Below are positions 57,656 to 64,000 of a DNA stretch of 64,000 bases, in pieces. The stretch spans positions 6,386,001 through 6,450,000 of the forward strand of contig OX597829.1 in assembly GCA_951406725.2 (NCBI GenBank). The letters are read 5' to 3'. Each line of letters begins with the position of its first letter. Position 1 is the stretch's first letter. The stretch comes from Octopus vulgaris (lineage: Eukaryota). The notes below the pieces were generated by a model. It saw nothing but the letters and a program-made list of their open reading frames with translations, did no database searches and was not told the DNA's origin. A program made the position numbers and the translations under genes.

Positions 57656-57660
<5 letters not shown>
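56791..57660. repeat. Three diverged ~230-300 bp copies: two direct (56791, 57189) and one inverted (57437-57660); MITE-like
   Basis: Shared gatatcatt..aacaatgataaagtgg, gtaccag, tcaactctc, catctca.tatcaat.gatttca.ctt and their reverse complements. Confidence 0.75.
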
Positions 57661-57703
<43 letters not shown>

Positions 57704-57741
57704 CATACATATATATGTATATATGTATGTATGTATGTGTG

Positions 57742-57801
<60 letters not shown>

Positions 57802-58159
57802 AATCTTTAACTCTAACTCGCTTCAGCTTCAAACTTGTGATCATGTTGGGACACCCCCGTTGGGTGTACTACACCATTATTTCAAACCTACTCTGATACG
57901 TAGCTTTTGGTGAATGAGGGAGGTTGATGCTGCAGCTCGCATCTGTGTTTCCTGCCATGATATAGGCTCATCCGAAACCTTGAAAGGAGGAGATCCAGAC
58001 TTGTTTTGTTATATTCACACACACACATATATATATGTATGCGTGTGTGTCTGTGTGTGTATGCATGTATGAATGTATGCATGTGAATATGTGTATATAT
58101 ATATTTATATATATATATATATATATAAATATATATATATATTGTTTAGTAACCACACT

Positions 58160-59190
58160 AAGACAATGCACAATATTTCAGTGGAAAAAAAAACCCTCTT
58201 CAGACCATGACATGATCTTGTGTAACCTGAGATTCCACCAGCCGAAAACTACCACTAGTGTCCTCTCTCAAGCCCACCCATTTGATACCATGGATCACTA
58301 TGATGCCGACTATCACATGTTAACTGGGCTTTCATACAAGCACACACCTCCTCTAGCATCAAAATATTTTGGCAGATCTTTGTAGACACTTGTAGACACA
58401 AGCATATGAGCTAAACACACCCCACCAAGACCTGTGAAAAAACTAAGTGCAGAACTCCCAAGAACAGAATAAACTATTATCAAAAAAATAAAAAAGAACA
58501 AACAAACAAAAAAACGTACCAAACTAAAATACTGCCAACAGCCACACATAAATTCGACGGATATCACCCTGTTCGAATAACCTCCAACACGGAATGAAGA
58601 CCATCTTCAATAATCAAAGATCAGCTGAGGAGAAATGGGCCGTTGGGAAAATCGAACTCAACCACAAAGTCTTCTATTTTCCGAAAAAACACAAGGTCAC
58701 TGTCTCCACTGTTGGCCCTCTGATTGATGAAAATGGCTATTTTCAAGATAATGCCAAAACCAGGAGTGAGATACTGCAGAAACAGTACTGCTCTGTTTTT
58801 AGCAATCCTGATATGGCCGATCTGGACTGTATCAGTGATGTTAATCCTCAACACACTATATCGGACGTAACGTTTCATGCCCTGATGTCTTAATGGCAAT
58901 AAACAAAATTAAACACAATTGGTCAGTAGGCCCTGATAGGTTCCCTGCTTGTGTCCTGAAGGTATGTCGACACCAACTTGCATCTCCTCTTGCTAACATA
59001 ATGGGGAAACTCACTGGATGATGGTTATATTCGTGAGAACTTGCTATCCCGGTCTGTTGCCCCAGTAGTGAACAATCGGCCGATCTCGCTTGTAGTGAAC
59101 AATCGGCCGATCTCGCTCACCTCTCATATCACTAAAGGTATTTGAGAGGGTGGTGAGATCACGAATAAGACACTTTCTTGAAAGGAATTT
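58160..59190 (+). pseudogene. CR1/L2-group LINE ORF2 fragment (end of APE, linker, start of RT)
   Basis: SSDHDMIL; VGPLIDENG..SEILQKQYCSVFS; SVGPDRFPACVLK.C..LASPL; NRPISLTSHITK.FERVV. Confidence 0.85.
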
Positions 59191-59665
59191 TAATTTTTGT
59201 TGATTGATATATTTTCAAAAGTTGAATGAAAATATAAATATAAATACAATTATATTTGCATTTATTCTTAAATACCGGCTGTTTCGAACGTTAACATACT
59301 AATCACTGCGTGTCAATCACAAGAGAACAGATTCTCTCCGTTAAATATGTCTTCATAATATATATGTACAAAAAATTCTGGGACATCCGACGTTTGGACA
59401 TCTTTGTGTCCCGTCAGCCAGAGAACTACCTGTCCATTCAATCTAATAAAAGAGGATGGTCTTCTTCATAAATTCATCCAGCATCCTGATCACTTATCCG
59501 TGTGGATATCTGCTAACTGATAATATTTTATAACCGGTTTATATATATACCCTTTGTGGAACAATATATTTTAAATAGCAATCTAGCGAAAGGTTTTTGA
59601 ATTAAAAAAAAGAAAATACAAAGTACGCGCAAAGAACTTATTTTCGATGCCATTATAATGTATAT

Positions 59666-59880
59666 TAAAGACGGCTAGCAGGCAAAAACGTTAGCACGCC
59701 AGGTAAAATGCTTAGTGGTATTTCACCTGTCTTTACGTTCTGAGTTCAAATTCCGCCGAGGTCGACTTTGTTTTTCATCCTTTCGGGGTCGATAAATTAA
59801 GTACCATTTGCGTACTGGGTCAGTCTAATCGAGTGGCCCCTTTTCCCGAAATTTCGGGCCTAGTGCCTAGAGTAGAAAGG
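59666..59880 (+). mobile_element. tRNA-derived SINE with 14-bp target-site duplication
   Basis: Family of 21338; ATTATAATGTATAT at 59652-59665 and 59881-59894. Confidence 0.92.
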
Positions 59881-60037
59881 ATTATAATGTATATATAAGC
59901 ATTATATTTGACATGGTAAGAACAAAAATTAGATGGTACATGAAATGCACCGACTTTTCTCAATATGAATTTTTTTTACGATTGTCTTATATTCTATATC
60001 TGAAAACACAATCACGAATCAGTGCGAAGCTAACGGT

Positions 60038-60072
<35 letters not shown>

Positions 60073-61229
60073 GCACACTCGCTCTCTCACGTATATCCGT
60101 ACGTGGGACATTGTTTTCAAAACATTTTTGTGTAATATTTTCAATGCGCACAAAGAAACTGATAACTGAGAGAGAAAATACAGATTGACGAAGCGAGGGA
60201 GATCGAGAGAGAAAGGCCGAGGGAGGAGAGGGCAAAGGGACTGGTAGAGGTAATGACATAGAGAAAATGATGACAGAAAGATACAGGGAAGGAGTGCTCC
60301 TCTGTGTACGTGTGTGTACGTGTGTGTGTGTGCGCGGTCGCACATTTGTGCGTACGTGCGTGCGTGTACATGCGCGTCTCTCAGCTTATTTGTGAGAGTG
60401 GCTGTATGAGTTATCTTTCTTTTGCTAATGTCCAATTTCTTATCTTTTTCCCCCAGCTGCTATAATTTATAAACTTCCGGTGAAAATCTGCCATTTTCTC
60501 ATTGTACAACCATGTTGTTTTTCTTTATAGATTTGGTTTTAAGCGATTTTTCCTTGTTGCTTTTCATATTATATCATTCATTCATTCGTTCATTCAGTCT
60601 CATTCGCATCGTTCTTTCATTCGTCCTTATTTTACCAAATACATTTTTGTTGGTTTTCTTGATATTCCACTATATTTCCCTGTTTTTTTCTTTATCGTTC
60701 TCCAAATATATTCGCGTGCACATATGTATACGCACACACACAAACGCGCGCGCGCACACACACACACACACACGCACGCACAAATATATATAAGTGACAG
60801 TGGAGATGGGGGTAATGTTGTTGATGGTGGAGTAGAGGTAGTGGTAGAAGTGGTGGAAGGTGATCTTCGATCGAACCAAAATTACTGTTTCCATTGTTTC
60901 CTCAAATTCTTGATACAGTATGTCGGTTGTAATGCTTGAAAGAAGTGCCATGAAATTTCGTTGACGAATCGGGATTTTGACAAAGAAATAAGAGAGCCGT
61001 ATCTTATACTGCTAACCATCTTTTCGAAAATTCTAACAATTCCATCGTCCTACTTTTGTATTGATCCTGAGAAGATATAAAGCACAGTTGACATATGCAG
61101 GATATGAACACTGAACATAGAAAAGCAGAAGACTTCAGACGTTCTACTTAACATTGTGTTAATTCATTTTATATATAGATACACACATACACACACACGA
61201 ACACATATGTATCTATATATATATACATC

Positions 61230-62487
61230 GCTTGTGCCCGTATACTCCACCATCCCCCACACCTCATTCAAGACCAAGGCGGGATCCGAGCCGGCGTCAG
61301 CCGGCCGCAAGCGATATTCCTCATTGAGTCCCCTACAGCCTGTACCCCCACAGACATCGTTATGACCTCCACAGTTACCTGCGGAGGCCATTCGGGATCC
61401 TATGTGAAGGTTAAAGTTACTCCCTTATGGTGTTTTTCCACCACCTCTTCTAACTCTCCGTGTCTGTAGACGAAGACCAATAGTTCCTCTTCCTCCGGGG
61501 TCGAGGTAGCCAATTCTACCAACGGTGTCTCTTCCCCTGTCGGTGGCACAACCCCTACCGGTGGCACAACCCCTACCGGTGGCACAACCCCTACCGGTGG
61601 CACAACCCCTACCGGTGGCACAACCCCTACCGGTAAGGTTCCGGGACATTCTGGTGCTGTCACCGACTGCCGGCACTGTCCCGTTTCTCATCCTCTTTTT
61701 TCTTCTCATCTGAGGAAGGGTGCGTCTCCTCTAAGACCAGGAGATTCACCTCCCCTCCCTTATCTCCAGGATTCTTCGGTGAGTACCCATTGTTGCTCAT
61801 CTTCTTCCTCTTGCGGACCTTCCCGGAGGAGTCCTCCGTTTCCTCAGCCGCCTTCGTTCACTCTTCTACAGAGGTCTCGATTTACTGCTCCAGGATTTGC
61901 TTTGTTCCTAAGGACAGTTTTTCTTTATATGGCCAGGCTCAAGAATCACCGGGTACCTGCAGCCGGCCATTTAAGAAAAAATGGCATATCCAGATTCATG
62001 GCAGATTGGGTCCACAGTGTCAAAACAGCTTTTGACCCAACCCAATCAGCCGCAGGAAGAATTTTCAGATTGAGGAGCCTGGCTCCGCTGCCACCCAGAC
62101 CCCGAGGAATAGTATCCTCTATCCACTGAGGTTTAATTCCGGGTGGCAAACCACAGATCCAGGCTCTCGTCAATTTTTCCCCACAATAAGTAGGAAGAAA
62201 CAAAATTTCTTTACCCTCAACGAGCTGGATCGCAAAACTACGAGCTTCCTCTGGGATGTCAAACAGCAACCACACTGTTGCATGTCTGACTCTCCTAGAG
62301 ATATGCTTAATGGTTGGCAGATGTTTCGCTAACTCCTGCTCAATCCTCTGCTTGGAGAAGACGGTAATGGTGTCGAGAACCTTCGGATACGTTCTCTACA
62401 CCACCGTCCTCTCCTCTTGCAGTATGAGACACTCCTTAGGTGGGACAATCTCCCACTCTACAATCTTACCCGTATTTTTTGCCATGT
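61230..62487 (-). pseudogene. Tx1-like ORF1 relic homologous to the 40.3 kb ORF1; no ORF2 seen
   Basis: TVWLLFDIPEEARSFAIQLVEGKEILFLPTYCGEKLTRAWICGLPPGIKPQWI aligns with TIQVLFDSEERAKELSTLTLESEKLILIPTYLGKRVTKFSIK.VPPEVESQWL. Confidence 0.75.
61541..61634. repeat. 18-bp minisatellite (CGGTGGCACAACCCCTAC) x5
   Basis: Five perfect units; reads PPVGVV repeats on the minus strand. Confidence 0.97.
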
Positions 62488-63205
62488 TTTAAATTAAAAA
62501 ACTTAAAGTCCAAAACAATAGTTCACAAATAAAGGAAAGAGAGAATTCAAAAGGAAACAAAAGGGAAGAAGAAAAAAGCAAACAGTTCAATAAAAAATGT
62601 TACAATAGAAGAAGTAAACAACAATCCAAAAAACACAGCAAAAATATCTTCTGGGCATTCAGGTACTCCACGATCTATGGTATTCCAATTAGAACCTGAA
62701 TTGCTCCACTTGAAATACAGCTTTCCAACATAGTTGTAAAAATACACATTAAAAACAATGAGAAAATATTTTCACTTCATGTGAACACTTGAATTACATC
62801 TTACCAATAATGGTAAACGTTGTTGTAAAAACATACACTGCTAAAAAGTGAACAATTTTTGGTTGAAGGATACGCCCACCATACTGTACTTCTCATAATG
62901 AGAACAAATTTTCATTTAATATGAACCATATTGCTGAACCGCAAGCAGACCAACATCTTGAATCCAGTGAGGACTCCTTGTTTGTAAAAAATACAAGCAC
63001 AGACAAAAACCCCACCACTGGGCCCAAGAGACAAAGGTCTTCCCTTGCAGCAGCTTCGTTTGGCAGGCTAGACACTGCCGGCTATTTTCTTCAGTGCACA
63101 ACAAAATGCACACACTGACAACAGAAACTCATGGGTAAGCAAGCTACTTACCACACAGTAATTCCTGTGCCTATACATACATACATACATACATACATAC
63201 ATACA

Positions 63206-63239
<34 letters not shown>

Positions 63240-63902
63240 CATACATATATAAATATATATATATATATATTGAAGTTATGTATATATATTGAAGTTATGG
63301 GAGGTAATGGGGTCAGTAAGACCCAAAGGTGTCAGATAATGCTGAGTAAGTGCTATGGACAGACTATATTTAAGCTCCAGGTTCGGTGATTATGCGAATG
63401 AGGATTCCAGCGTAGGTCATATATCAGCGTGTGTCTATATAAAAAAATTAACAGAATGAGATAAAAATCCAAGGATGTGAAAGATTTTAGAGCATTTATA
63501 AAGAGAAGGTCTTAGAGCTGTTTCCGAGATATTTTATATATCCCTTCATCGGAAACAGTGTGAGAGAATGGTTAAGCAATAGTTATTCTTGATAAGTTAC
63601 AAAATAGAGAGTGAAGTGGAGGAATTAAAATAGACGTCAGATATGCAGGGAAATTGTATGTATGTATATATATGTACACACACAGACATTTATGTGTATA
63701 CTTATATATACACAGGTTTGGAGAAAAAATATACTTGACAAAAAGTTTCTTCTGAAATATAAGTGAAAAGAACTACAATGCAAGAAGTAGAATAATCATC
63801 ACTAAATCTTTTATTACCAATCAAGTTCGTTTGTAAATAACTTCGTCTGTCCTCGTTATTGTCCTTATTTTTATCCCAACTGCACTTCGATCGCCTCCAC
63901 AC

Positions 63903-63975
63903 TGGGGAGCTGGCTGAATCGTTAGCACGACGGGCAAACTGTTCAGCGACACTTTTCCCGTCTTGAAGCTCTGCT
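63903..63975 (+). mobile_element. SINE head fragment (family of 21338)
   Basis: ggggagctggctgaatcgttagcacgacgggcaaa. Confidence 0.6.
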
Positions 63976-64000
63976 GGATTAGGACTGAAGTTACTTGAAT

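Noticed and set aside
59270-59360. Hammerhead-like ATGAAGA..GAAACAGCCGGTA on the minus strand
   Set aside because: Core C3 missing and neither stem I nor stem II pairs convincingly

Overview
Eukaryotic, AT-rich, extremely microsatellite-dense non-coding DNA. The repeat families (tRNA-headed SINEs, Dong/R4-type, RTE, Tx1 and CR1 LINE relics) resemble those of an Octopus genome; this assignment is an inference from pattern recognition, not a database hit. I found no intact host protein-coding gene, rRNA, functional tRNA or CRISPR array. Most ORFs in the supplied track are translations of (ATGT)n, (TA)n, (AAT)n, (CAT)n and (CAC)n tracts. The real coding relics are: a decayed near-full-length Tx1-clade LINE (~40.2-45.1 kb) plus two lone homologous ORF1 relics; restriction-like-endonuclease (Dong/R4-type) LINE pieces inside (AAT)n and (TACA)n arrays; RTE and CR1 RT fragments; a TIR-bounded Tc1/mariner deletion derivative; and a Tigger-like fragment. 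Three signals stand out. (1) Type I hammerhead-ribozyme motifs of the Penelope-like/retrozyme kind lie near (TA)n or other simple repeats. (2) Several near-perfect 66-121 bp fold-back hairpins are present, one centred on a putative hammerhead stem II. (3) Microsatellite-resident LINEs survive only as colinear islands within their own target microsatellite.
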